Source: a virus (taxonomy: Duplodnaviria > Caudoviricetes). From it: a DNA stretch of 64,000 nt. Shown here in pieces: positions 1 to 8,145 of this stretch. The translations under genes were made by a program, and so were the position numbers. Numbering within the stretch: the stretch's first letter is position 1; the number at the start of each line of letters is the position of its first letter. Location: the IMG/VR virus record IMGVR_UViG_3300033463_000073, positions 1-64,000 of that record; one strand, given 5' to 3'. The notes beneath the pieces were generated by a model that saw only the letters and a program-made list of their open reading frames with translations, was not told where the DNA came from and did not search any database.

Positions 1-24
1 TATTGTTTAATCCTTTTTAGGTTG

Positions 25-32
25 TATCTTTG
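25..32 (+). promoter_or_regulatory. Bacteroidota sigma-A -7 element (TATCTTTG)
   Basis: Matches TAnnTTTG about 60 nt upstream of the ORF at 95. Confidence 0.75.
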
Positions 33-34
33 CA

Positions 35-60
35 ACGACAAATGATGCGCATCTTGTCGT
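35..60 (+). promoter_or_regulatory. 5' UTR hairpin
   Basis: ACGACAA(35-41) pairs with TTGTCGT(54-60), enclosing GATG-CG-CATC. Confidence 0.55.
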
Positions 61-94
61 AAACATAGTAATAACAATTTAAAAAGGATTATTT

Positions 95-1042
95 ATGAGT
101 GAAATTTATCAGCTTCCAGACAATAACGGAGGCAACAACAACGGCGGGTTCGGTAACATCCCGTTCTCAATTCCCATCGGTGGCTTCGGCGGTTTCGGCG
201 GCTGGGGTGGCAATGGCTTCGGCTACGGCATGAACGGGATTGCTGACTTGTTTGGACTTGCTATCATTGCTTCAATGTTCGGCTGGAACGGTGGCGGATT
301 TGGCAATGGAGGCTTTGGCGGAGGAAACTCAGGCGCGGCTTTCTTGGCTAATCAGCTGTCGAACGATTCGGGTCGCGAACTTATTATGAACGCAATCACC
401 AATCAGGGTGAGGCATCACGCACGGCTATCCAGACTTTGAGCACGATGCTTGGTCAGGATTTCAACCTTGTGAATGGTGCTGTCAACAATGTACAGTCCG
501 CTCTTAGCAACCTTGCTTTGCAGCAGGCAGTAAGCGTTCCTCAGATTATCAACTCTATCCAGAGTGGTGACGCAAGCATTATCAGCGCATTCCAGAAGTG
601 TTGCTGCGAGAACAAGCTTCTTGTAACACAGCAAGGTTACGAAAGTCAGATTGCAACCCTAAACCAAACCAATCAGCTCGGTTCTCAGGCAGACCGCAAC
701 GCAAACGCTATCATTAACGCCATCAATGCTCAGACCGTAGAGATGGATAACCAATTCTGCGCTGCTCGTGAGCGTGATATGCAGGCTAAAATTGACACAC
801 AGGCTGACATCATAACTCAGCTTCGTGGTCAGATAGACAATGCAAACCAGACTGCACAGATTACGGGTTATGTTAATTCACTGATTGCTCCATTGCAGGC
901 AAAGGTTACGGAGATTGCTGATAAGCAACTTCCGACCGTACCAGTTCAATGGCCGCAGATACAGGCTGTGAATACCACTCCATACATGGGCGGTTTCAAC
1001 GGATTTTACGGCAACGGCTTCGGTGGTAATATTGTATTTTAA
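95..1042 (+). CDS. Gly/Asn/Phe-rich low-complexity protein with hydrophobic segment, CCC motif and coiled coil; function unknown
   Basis: 315 aa; GFG/NGG repeats at both ends, IADLFGLAIIASMFGW hydrophobic stretch, KCCCENK, Q-rich heptads. Confidence 0.85.
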   Translation: MSEIYQLPDNNGGNNNGGFGNIPFSIPIGGFGGFGGWGGNGFGYGMNGIADLFGLAIIASMFGWNGGGFGNGGFGGGNSGAAFLANQLSNDSGRELIMNAITNQGEASRTAIQTLSTMLGQDFNLVNGAVNNVQSALSNLALQQAVSVPQIINSIQSGDASIISAFQKCCCENKLLVTQQGYESQIATLNQTNQLGSQADRNANAIINAINAQTVEMDNQFCAARERDMQAKIDTQADIITQLRGQIDNANQTAQITGYVNSLIAPLQAKVTEIADKQLPTVPVQWPQIQAVNTTPYMGGFNGFYGNGFGGNIVF

Positions 1043-1061
1043 AGCGCAAGGAGGTTAGGAT

Positions 1062-1400
1062 ATGGGATGCTTTAATGTTACAACAAACGCAGGTGGAGTT
1101 CCGTACCTCACATCAACAAATGCAACAGTGTCTGACACCACCGTTGACATTGCACTTGGATGGTCGAGACGTCTTTCGCCAGTCGGCTACTTTACCGTAA
1201 GACTTGCAGATGCAATACCTACTGGAACTACTGCGACATTGCCAATAACGCTTTCGCTTAACGGCGTTACTCGCGCATTGACATTGTTTGACGGCACACC
1301 AGTAACGGTTGCTGAACTTATCGGAGGTACAGGCGCTTTCTTGGTGTTTAATGACCGATTCAACAACATCTTGCAGTTGATGTCGCGTACTACCGTTTAA
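1062..1400 (+). CDS. hypothetical beta-rich protein
   Basis: 112 aa, Thr/Val-rich; GGAGG upstream; follows ORF 95. Confidence 0.75.
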   Translation: MGCFNVTTNAGGVPYLTSTNATVSDTTVDIALGWSRRLSPVGYFTVRLADAIPTGTTATLPITLSLNGVTRALTLFDGTPVTVAELIGGTGAFLVFNDRFNNILQLMSRTTV

Positions 1401-1431
1401 AAGACCAAGCGTCTGGCAAGCGTTCTTTGAT

Positions 1432-1890
1432 TTACTGATTGACAAGAGACTCCCTTAATCTTCTTTTATGCTGGCCATTCAACATTGCTTGCTTTGTTTT
1501 TGGGTTTTGCATATTAAGAAGCCTGTTGCACCACATCAAATTCTCTTTTGAGTTATTAAGACCATTTCGGTCTATGTGGTCAATTTCTGGGTAATTATTC
1601 GGGTTTTGAATGAAAGCAATAGCTACAAGTCTGTGTATTCCGTACACGTACTTCTTGCATTCTTTTCGGAAACAAATGTAGTTGTACAAAATCCCATTAT
1701 GAATGGTGGTATTTGGCTTTAATAGTCGCTGCTTTATGTGGTAATCTTTCCCGTTTTTGGTTCGTATTGTTCTATCCAAAGATACGACACGCCCAAGTGA
1801 CGATACAGAATACCAACCTTCCCAACCTTGAACAGGTTTCCACTCTTCTCCTTGTAGTCTAATAGACTCAATAAATTCTTCGTTTGTCAT
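1432..1890 (-). CDS. NUMOD4-HNH homing endonuclease
   Basis: EEWKPVQGWEGWYSVSSLGRV (NUMOD4) and HRLVAIAF...IDHIDRNGLNN...NL (HNH). Confidence 0.9.
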   Translation of the reverse strand: MTNEEFIESIRLQGEEWKPVQGWEGWYSVSSLGRVVSLDRTIRTKNGKDYHIKQRLLKPNTTIHNGILYNYICFRKECKKYVYGIHRLVAIAFIQNPNNYPEIDHIDRNGLNNSKENLMWCNRLLNMQNPKTKQAMLNGQHKRRLRESLVNQ

Positions 1891-1987
1891 TTGCTTTCTG
1901 AGTTAAATAACTTCTGAGGATTTGAAAAACGGGAAGAGCCTCAGAAACACTCTTGTCAGTCGGTGGCCAAACCAACCTATCCCGACG

Positions 1988-1995
1988 CAAAGGTA
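1988..1995 (-). promoter_or_regulatory. -7 element (TACCTTTG) for the HNH gene
   Basis: TAnnTTTG on minus strand about 100 nt upstream of the HNH ATG. Confidence 0.65.
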
Positions 1996-2038
1996 CAAAC
2001 AAATTAGTGAATAACAAAATTTTTTAAAGTAATTAACA

Positions 2039-2560
2039 ATGGATTTTTCATCACTTGGACAAGGTAGTCCTTTTTATATTCTCCGTCAAGGAGAGAAGCC
2101 GATTCTTGAAGTTGGTACGGTAAAGTCAAAGACTCAGCCGCATGTAAAATTTCCAACGCAGACTCCGAACCTTATGGCGGGATTGCAGACGCAACAGGTT
2201 ATTGATGTGACGGCAACCATCAATGGTAAGGATGAAACATTTAACGACATCCCGTTGGGCGTAGAGATTGCCGCAAAAGGTAATGTAACATTCAGTGGTA
2301 GTCGTGAGGCAATGCTACAGGCGGTTGACACCATGCTACAGACATCACGCAAGGCTTTAGACCAGATACCTTACCATAAAGGTGTTATCGCTGAGTCGGA
2401 AAAGATGCTTGAGGTATTGAATCCACGTTATGCGGAGGAAAAGAAACAGGCGCGAACGATAAGCGACTTGGAAAAGCGTCAGGCTGCTACCGACGAGAAA
2501 CTTGACAGTATATTGAAGATATTGCAGAAACTGGACTCTCCTTCTCCGAGTGGTGTCTAA
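2039..2560 (+). CDS. hypothetical protein with C-terminal coiled coil
   Basis: 173 aa, A-rich start, resumes the cassette after the HNH. Confidence 0.8.
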   Translation: MDFSSLGQGSPFYILRQGEKPILEVGTVKSKTQPHVKFPTQTPNLMAGLQTQQVIDVTATINGKDETFNDIPLGVEIAAKGNVTFSGSREAMLQAVDTMLQTSRKALDQIPYHKGVIAESEKMLEVLNPRYAEEKKQARTISDLEKRQAATDEKLDSILKILQKLDSPSPSGV

Positions 2561-2581
2561 TTCCTAAAACCGAATAAGATT

Positions 2582-2827
2582 ATGGGAGGTTATATCTTTA
2601 TTGACCGTGAGGACGAACAGTCCAAACAGCAGATGCGTCAGAACATGCGCAACAATATGCGTCGTGGCTACAGAAGCTATGGTGGTTCAAGTGCTATGAT
2701 GCGTGATGACGAAAATTATCGTCAGGGCTATCGTCAGGGTTATCGCGAAGGCTGGGAAGATTCCGAGGATGACATGAACGAGGAACACTACCGCCGCCAG
2801 CGTGATAGTCGTGGACGTTTCGCTTGA
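2582..2827 (+). CDS. Arg/Gly/Tyr-rich low-complexity protein
   Basis: 81 aa; RRGYRSYG, RQGYRQGYREG, ends RRQRDSRGRFA. Confidence 0.75.
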   Translation: MGGYIFIDREDEQSKQQMRQNMRNNMRRGYRSYGGSSAMMRDDENYRQGYRQGYREGWEDSEDDMNEEHYRRQRDSRGRFA

Positions 2828-2840
2828 TTTTAAAGTTTTT

Positions 2841-2873
2841 GGATTGGGTGGGTATTTGCCTATCCAATCCTTT
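2841..2873 (+). terminator. intrinsic terminator-like hairpin
   Basis: GGATTGGGTGGG/CCTATCCAATCC 12-bp stem followed by TTT. Confidence 0.55.
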
Positions 2874-2903
2874 CATTGTTAAACAAAAAAAAGAGAAAGG
2901 ATT

Positions 2904-3338
2904 TTGATTATGGCAAATACAATGATGAATTACTTGGTTCCAGAGGACATGGAACAATACTTGTCCTACTATGGTTGCCATTTCAACAAACTGCTTTGCG
3001 AGTTTGCAGTCGGCAAGATGAAACGCGAGGACAAGGCGACGGGTGTAATGAAGAAGATTACTCCCGTGACGATGGAGGAACTTAAAGCATTGTTGGAAAA
3101 GCACAAGATAAACGTAGACACTAACGAACAATACGATGCCTTGTACTTAGCCAACATGGTACGTGCAGACTTTTGGGGTTCTTCGATAGAAGACGAGGAA
3201 CACATGGCAAAGTACATCGAGGACGTGATTTGCGACCCAGACGGTTACGATGGTCTTGTGTTCAACCGTTTCCTTGCAGACTGCATGGGAAAGGGCGTCA
3301 TCATCTTTTGGGAGAACATGATTCATTCTGCTTGGTAA
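2904..3338 (+). CDS. hypothetical protein
   Basis: 144 aa helical, acidic ORF with A-rich start. Confidence 0.8.
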   Translation: MIMANTMMNYLVPEDMEQYLSYYGCHFNKLLCEFAVGKMKREDKATGVMKKITPVTMEELKALLEKHKINVDTNEQYDALYLANMVRADFWGSSIEDEEHMAKYIEDVICDPDGYDGLVFNRFLADCMGKGVIIFWENMIHSAW

Positions 3339-3354
3339 CCATTTTTCTTGCGTA

Positions 3355-3747
3355 TTGATTATGGAGACGAAATATTTGAATGTCGGCAATGATGACTGGG
3401 GAATCTTGGTCAACTATGACTTTGACTTGCTTGATTATGATGACATTGCCGCAGCGTTGTATTCTTTCGGAATGAAAGAGAAAAGCATAAACCATGCTTT
3501 AAGGGTATTGTCAGCACCGAACACTGGGATGGCCGTTTCGAATAATGATTTGCGCATGACTGCCATATATATAAGTCACGCCACGTCGCCGTCACAATTC
3601 TGGAACACGTTAAACCACGAGTTGTACCATGCGACGACTGCCATCATAGACTACTACGGGGAGCCATACGACCAAGAACCTGCTGCATACCTTCATGGTG
3701 AACTTATGCAAAAGATAGTTGAACTGATAGGCGAACCGTGCCAATAA
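3355..3747 (+). CDS. HExxH zincin-like protein
   Basis: LNHELYHAT...EPAAYL motif. Confidence 0.65.
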   Translation: MIMETKYLNVGNDDWGILVNYDFDLLDYDDIAAALYSFGMKEKSINHALRVLSAPNTGMAVSNNDLRMTAIYISHATSPSQFWNTLNHELYHATTAIIDYYGEPYDQEPAAYLHGELMQKIVELIGEPCQ

Positions 3748-3809
3748 GCAAAAAGTCGTCTATAAGCGCATTTTGAACACAAAGGTGGTAAAGTTATATT
3801 GTTAATGCG

Positions 3810-3850
3810 AAAACGCCGTGACGGGCTTAGAAATGGCCTTAAACGGCGTT
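3810..3850. terminator. hairpin between convergent genes
   Basis: AAACGCCGT/ACGGCGTTT 9-bp stem. Confidence 0.55.
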
Positions 3851-3858
3851 TATCATAT

Positions 3859-4134
3859 CTATTCATCTAAATCCAATCCCCAAAAAGACATAATATCGCA
3901 GAAAATGTCATACGAATACGAACATGCCTTGTGGATATAGAACTTTCCCATCAAAGAATCTGGCGGGTATCGTTTTGCCAACCCGAAATAGTGCTTGCGC
4001 GTCATGCGTATTATGTATGCCATCTTTGAATCATAGCATGACACCTTGTAATGCGTGATTGGCAAACCGTCTTCGTCAAATTCTACGTTCTTGTGGAACA
4101 ATTTAAGTTGCTTGGCTACTTTCCTTACTCGCAT
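3859..4134 (-). CDS. hypothetical protein
   Basis: 91 aa; last gene of the leftward operon. Confidence 0.65.
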   Translation of the reverse strand: MRVRKVAKQLKLFHKNVEFDEDGLPITHYKVSCYDSKMAYIIRMTRKHYFGLAKRYPPDSLMGKFYIHKACSYSYDIFCDIMSFWGLDLDE

Positions 4135-4447
4135 ACCACTTTTTTATTTCGTTAATGAACTCGTCAACGTTTTCGCACCATACTGGGTTTTTCAATTCAT
4201 GTACATACATGGCCAACGTCGTTTCCTTGGTTTCGCCCTCATAAGGATAACCGACACCATGCACGCCATTGTCAACGGCTGTTGAAAAGTCCAGCCAGTC
4301 AGCATCCTCGAAAGAAGCGCAAGCACAAACGCCAATGCCGCTTTCCTCAATCTTCTTTCTTATTGCAGGACTGTTCTCTTTTAGAATAAAAGTCTTATCT
4401 ACTTGTTCTGCACATGCCAACTTTGCACCGCGAATCTTACTTTGCAT
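4103..4447 (-). CDS. hypothetical protein
   Basis: Start moved to MQSKIRG so that it couples with the upstream stop. Confidence 0.65.
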   Translation of the reverse strand: MQSKIRGAKLACAEQVDKTFILKENSPAIRKKIEESGIGVCACASFEDADWLDFSTAVDNGVHGVGYPYEGETKETTLAMYVHELKNPVWCENVDEFINEIKKWYASKESSQAT

Positions 4448-4832
4448 TTCCATTTTCGTAGTCGTCAAATCTGTTGTAGTATTCGTTGGTAAGCCACGCG
4501 AGAAGGTATGCGTAAGGCTCGTCATCTTCGTCGTGATGAACGCCTGCACGCATCAATATCTTGTTTGTCGCATGATAGAGTTCATGCGATACGCATAGGT
4601 CTTTCCTCTCCTGCCCTTTACGTATGAATACAAACACGTTTCCGTTGTCTAGCTGTACTGTAAGTCCGTTGCACGAATTCTTGTCCGCGATGTCGCTACG
4701 AATCAACTTATATTCCTCGTCGGTAAACTTTGTTACGTTGTCATAGTACAGCCTGTCAAACTCCTTCTCGTCGATTCCTGCCGCGATAATGACGCAGTTC
4801 AGGTAGATGTCTATATTTATATATTCTATCAT
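4437..4832 (-). CDS. HExxH zincin-like protein (paralog of 3355..3747)
   Basis: VSHELYHAT...EPYAYL; start moved to MIEYINID. Confidence 0.65.
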   Translation of the reverse strand: MIEYINIDIYLNCVIIAAGIDEKEFDRLYYDNVTKFTDEEYKLIRSDIADKNSCNGLTVQLDNGNVFVFIRKGQERKDLCVSHELYHATNKILMRAGVHHDEDDEPYAYLLAWLTNEYYNRFDDYENGNAK

Positions 4833-5449
4833 AGTTTTGAAGGTTGTGGGTAGAATCTCTGCTCTTCCTCTGACCATCTGTACGACTGATGGCAGTGTGT
4901 GCAAATCGCTCCAATACCAGAGTGCGCTTCAAACTCGTGCCCACAACTTGTACACAAAGCATTGAACTTAGGCATGATTTGAATGAAATGGTTCTCAAAT
5001 CCGTCTGAGCCAGTAAATCCGCCTAACGCTCCAAGCTCTCGAATCAGCTGCACTATATCGCGAACTGAGGCGTCACTGATAGTCTTGCTTCTGTCTGCAA
5101 GAAGTGCTGAAAGCATGTTTACAATCTCTTGGGACGAATACTTGTACTCGTTCAAGTTCGTCGCTTTTGACTGAATCTCTGAGCGTATAGACTCTTCTAT
5201 AACTTCCCTTAGCTGCGCATACTCTTGTGTCTGCATCAGAAGTTCTGCCTTTTGCTTTACGGATGAAAGATACGTCAACTCGTCTTCGCTCGGCACATTC
5301 TTCTTGAACTCCTGCATGTCGTGCGAGAGTCCATACGCGACAGATTCGTCTTCTCCTGCGCATACCATGATTGCAAACAAGTACATACGTTCATCCACAT
5401 TCACTCCTCTCGTATGCAGTCTGCTTGAAAATTCTCTGTAGTCAAACAT
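4829..5449 (-). CDS. hypothetical protein with C-terminal zinc ribbon
   Basis: CTSC...CTHC near the C-terminus. Confidence 0.75.
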   Translation of the reverse strand: MFDYREFSSRLHTRGVNVDERMYLFAIMVCAGEDESVAYGLSHDMQEFKKNVPSEDELTYLSSVKQKAELLMQTQEYAQLREVIEESIRSEIQSKATNLNEYKYSSQEIVNMLSALLADRSKTISDASVRDIVQLIRELGALGGFTGSDGFENHFIQIMPKFNALCTSCGHEFEAHSGIGAICTHCHQSYRWSEEEQRFYPQPSKL

Positions 5450-5687
5450 CTTTCTTAATTATGTCGTATTTGTCTGTCGTGACGAACTGAGGCTGCAAAG
5501 GATTGTTAAAGGATAACTGTGCAACCCAAATCTTTCTCGTAAAAACCACTCTTAGAAGCTCTTTCCAAGAAAGCTTCCAACACGTCAACACTTCACCGTC
5601 TTCAAACTTCAGTGCAGGAAGAGGTTGATACTCTTTTTGGTCTTTTGCAAATACTACGTTTTGTTCCTTAAATTCTATTGGTTTCAT
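5442..5687 (-). CDS. hypothetical phage protein
   Basis: 81 aa, coupled to neighbours. Confidence 0.7.
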   Translation of the reverse strand: MKPIEFKEQNVVFAKDQKEYQPLPALKFEDGEVLTCWKLSWKELLRVVFTRKIWVAQLSFNNPLQPQFVTTDKYDIIKKDV

Positions 5688-5690
5688 ATC

Positions 5691-6182
5691 TTACAAGTTT
5701 TTACGTCGTGCATACTCTGCGATGAGGAGTCCATCAAAGTCAGTGTGTTTGAAGTCTGCAAGTTGTGGAAACAGTCGCTTGCCTATGTCCTTACTTGCTT
5801 TCTTTTGTTCGTCAGCACCCTTTATTCCTTTCGGGAGAAGCTCTTTCTGCCATTCCTTGCTGTCTACAAACATGTGCGGTATGCCAAGTGTCTCAAGAAG
5901 GATGAGCTGTGCCTCCCAACAGCGAACGGCTGTAATTGTTGCGTTCCAACGCGTAGGATTTATCATCGGACGCTCGCATACAACACGAACATCGTTCTTA
6001 TTGAACTGGCCAAGTATCTCCAAGAACTTCTCGCAGTCAAGACGCGTGATATTCTTTTTGGCTTTTGTGTAGTCTTGCTCAACTTTTGTAGGAGTGTGAT
6101 GAATCTGCGGCTGTATATCGTCTCCTACTATGCCTATAGTACCAGTAGTACCATTGTCCAAACCAATAAAAACCTTGCTCAT
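5691..6182 (-). CDS. ruvC: RuvC-like Holliday junction resolvase
   Basis: IGLDNG, CERP and DFDGLLIAEY acidic motifs of the RNase H fold. Confidence 0.8.
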   Translation of the reverse strand: MSKVFIGLDNGTTGTIGIVGDDIQPQIHHTPTKVEQDYTKAKKNITRLDCEKFLEILGQFNKNDVRVVCERPMINPTRWNATITAVRCWEAQLILLETLGIPHMFVDSKEWQKELLPKGIKGADEQKKASKDIGKRLFPQLADFKHTDFDGLLIAEYARRKNL

Positions 6183-6183
6183 A

Positions 6184-6603
6184 TTATCTAATCACATCTA
6201 AAACCTTTGTCTCTTTCAGCTGCTTGAGCTCCATGTCTTCAAGCCCTTGCGCCATATACTGCTTCACTGCTTGGTGCGCCTCGTTGATGTCGTGCGCGAA
6301 CAATGCCACAGCGTACTTGATTTCCTTCGTCACGTCGTTGTCGTCAGTGAAGAAGTCGCAGATGGTAGCGAAGAACACTTTGCAGTCCTCGTCTCCAACA
6401 GGTCTCTCGTTCACAATCTCCTTGAGCTTCGACTTCTTGATTGTGAGCACCTCGAATCCAGTCTCTGTGCCGAACTTTTCGTACAACTTCTTCTCCACGT
6501 CCAAGAACAACTCGCAGTTCTCAATGATGAACAAGCGCTTCAGTGTCTTGTCGTTACCCTTGCTGTCAACTACGGTAGTTGAAATTTTAGATTCAAATAG
6601 CAT
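6184..6603 (-). CDS. DUF4494-like protein
   Basis: Duplicated acidic beta-alpha halves resembling the Bacteroidota DUF4494 family. Confidence 0.55.
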   Translation of the reverse strand: MLFESKISTTVVDSKGNDKTLKRLFIIENCELFLDVEKKLYEKFGTETGFEVLTIKKSKLKEIVNERPVGDEDCKVFFATICDFFTDDNDVTKEIKYAVALFAHDINEAHQAVKQYMAQGLEDMELKQLKETKVLDVIR

Positions 6604-6614
6604 AATTCTTTTTT

Positions 6615-7208
6615 TTAATCTGTTATTTCTACTTCGTATTTCATTAGTGCATCGTACACACGCTTGGCAATCTTACCTTCGTCGTAGTACTTCTGCGCGA
6701 CTTCTTTTATATGAGCTTCCTTTGCACTCTTGTACAACAAGAATGCTTGGTTAGCACTTTTAGAACACCCAATTGTTTTTGTTTTTCCATTAATACCCAT
6801 CTGTGCAAGAAACAAGCCTTCTTTTGGTTGATATACGCCTATTGGAAGCGAGCCTCTTTTTTTATTTCGTTTAATAATAAGCTTGTTAATCTCACTTGGC
6901 ACAAAACAACATGTGTCAGGCGAATAAACTTTGTTGTTACGAAAAAGTATGTCTTTGTCAAGGTCGTATCCTTTTACATAATTTTTATCAAACCAAAGTT
7001 TAAAGTTTGACAACAAAAGCCACTCGTTGCAGACTGTACAGTCTTTATATGTGCCATAATGTCCTTTGTACTTAACATAATAACACCTCATTAACATCCT
7101 ATACCAGCTTTTGTATGCTGCGCGCCAATGTTCATCACCATCTATGGCAATGTTGACATCTATTATCCCCTTACCATATACAATCGCTTTATGTGTATAG
7201 TTTCTCAT
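6615..7208 (-). CDS. HNH homing endonuclease with AP2-like C-terminus
   Basis: WYRMLMRC, LDKDIL...YSPDTCCFVPSEIN, RGSLPIGV...FLAQ. Confidence 0.8.
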   Translation of the reverse strand: MRNYTHKAIVYGKGIIDVNIAIDGDEHWRAAYKSWYRMLMRCYYVKYKGHYGTYKDCTVCNEWLLLSNFKLWFDKNYVKGYDLDKDILFRNNKVYSPDTCCFVPSEINKLIIKRNKKRGSLPIGVYQPKEGLFLAQMGINGKTKTIGCSKSANQAFLLYKSAKEAHIKEVAQKYYDEGKIAKRVYDALMKYEVEITD

Positions 7209-7213
7209 TAAGT

Positions 7214-7693
7214 TTATTTCTCCTTAACTTCAATGTTAATAATATCCTTCAGTTCTTTAGGCAGCGTTATCGTTATCGTGCCCTCTGACTTTTTCTCTGT
7301 GACGGACTCGCGAATCTTGATAATGCGCTTAATGATTGTCCACCGCTTAGTCCACATCGGCTCTGAGCTAATCATCTGCGCCATCTTGTTGACGCACTGC
7401 CCTATGCCGTTCGGTGTGAATCTGTGACCGCCGCATCGCTCCGTCATGTCGGCGACTTTCTCGAGCGTTTCCCCTGTCATGTATCTGTACGCATACCAGA
7501 AAAGCCACCTCGGTTTCGCAAGGTGCTCCTCGCTGCCAGACCTGAGCATGTCCTTTCGCTCTATGTTGCAAAGGGATGCTACGGTATCTGCAAGATAGAC
7601 CATGATGTCCATCTCGTGACGCCTTACGGCCTCAAGAATGTCATCGACGCTCTCGAGATTCCTCCAGTCTGACGCTATCATTTCATCATTCAT
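7214..7693 (-). CDS. DnaA C-terminal (domain IV) HTH-like protein
   Basis: VASLCNIERKDML...KPRWLFWYAYRYMTGETLEKVA pattern; start moved to MNDEMIA. Confidence 0.55.
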   Translation of the reverse strand: MNDEMIASDWRNLESVDDILEAVRRHEMDIMVYLADTVASLCNIERKDMLRSGSEEHLAKPRWLFWYAYRYMTGETLEKVADMTERCGGHRFTPNGIGQCVNKMAQMISSEPMWTKRWTIIKRIIKIRESVTEKKSEGTITITLPKELKDIINIEVKEK

Positions 7694-8145
7694 TATACAG
7701 AACCCCTCTTTCTTTCGTTTATTTTCCCAAGTACTGTCTGCTGCGACATCGGCAGTCTCTCCACGAACAGGTTCAGTCTCTGGCTGTCTTTCCCCAACAC
7801 AGAGTCCCACACTCCTACTATCGAGAACTTGAACCGCATGAACATGAACTCTCCCTTGTACGCAACCACTCCGTCGTCTGAGCATTTCTTCAGATAAGCT
7901 TCGAACGATGGCCTGCGCTGTCTCGTCTTGTACGACTGTGACTCGAGGTCGTACTCCATGATTGGCTTGCGCTTGAGCCAGAGATACTTCTCGCAGTAGT
8001 CGTCAGTGAAGAACGTCGCTTCGATAGGAGACAAGTCTATACCTTGCACGCTAACCGAGCCATCGTACCTGCCACCGCTTCTGCGTTCTATATATCCGTT
8101 TATGTATCCGTAGTCATCCACAGTCAGTCGTGTTTCATTGGACAA
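7693..8145 (-). CDS. hypothetical protein
   Basis: 150 aa, coupled to the clamp gene. Confidence 0.75.
   Translation of the reverse strand: MSNETRLTVDDYGYINGYIERRSGGRYDGSVSVQGIDLSPIEATFFTDDYCEKYLWLKRKPIMEYDLESQSYKTRQRRPSFEAYLKKCSDDGVVAYKGEFMFMRFKFSIVGVWDSVLGKDSQRLNLFVERLPMSQQTVLGKINERKRGSV

Noticed and set aside
95-1042. Spore-coat or collagen-like annotation
   Set aside because: No Gly-X-Y periodicity, and the inferred host phylum does not sporulate
4829-5449. Terminase small subunit
   Set aside because: Plausible size but no diagnostic motif and far from terL; left as hypothetical
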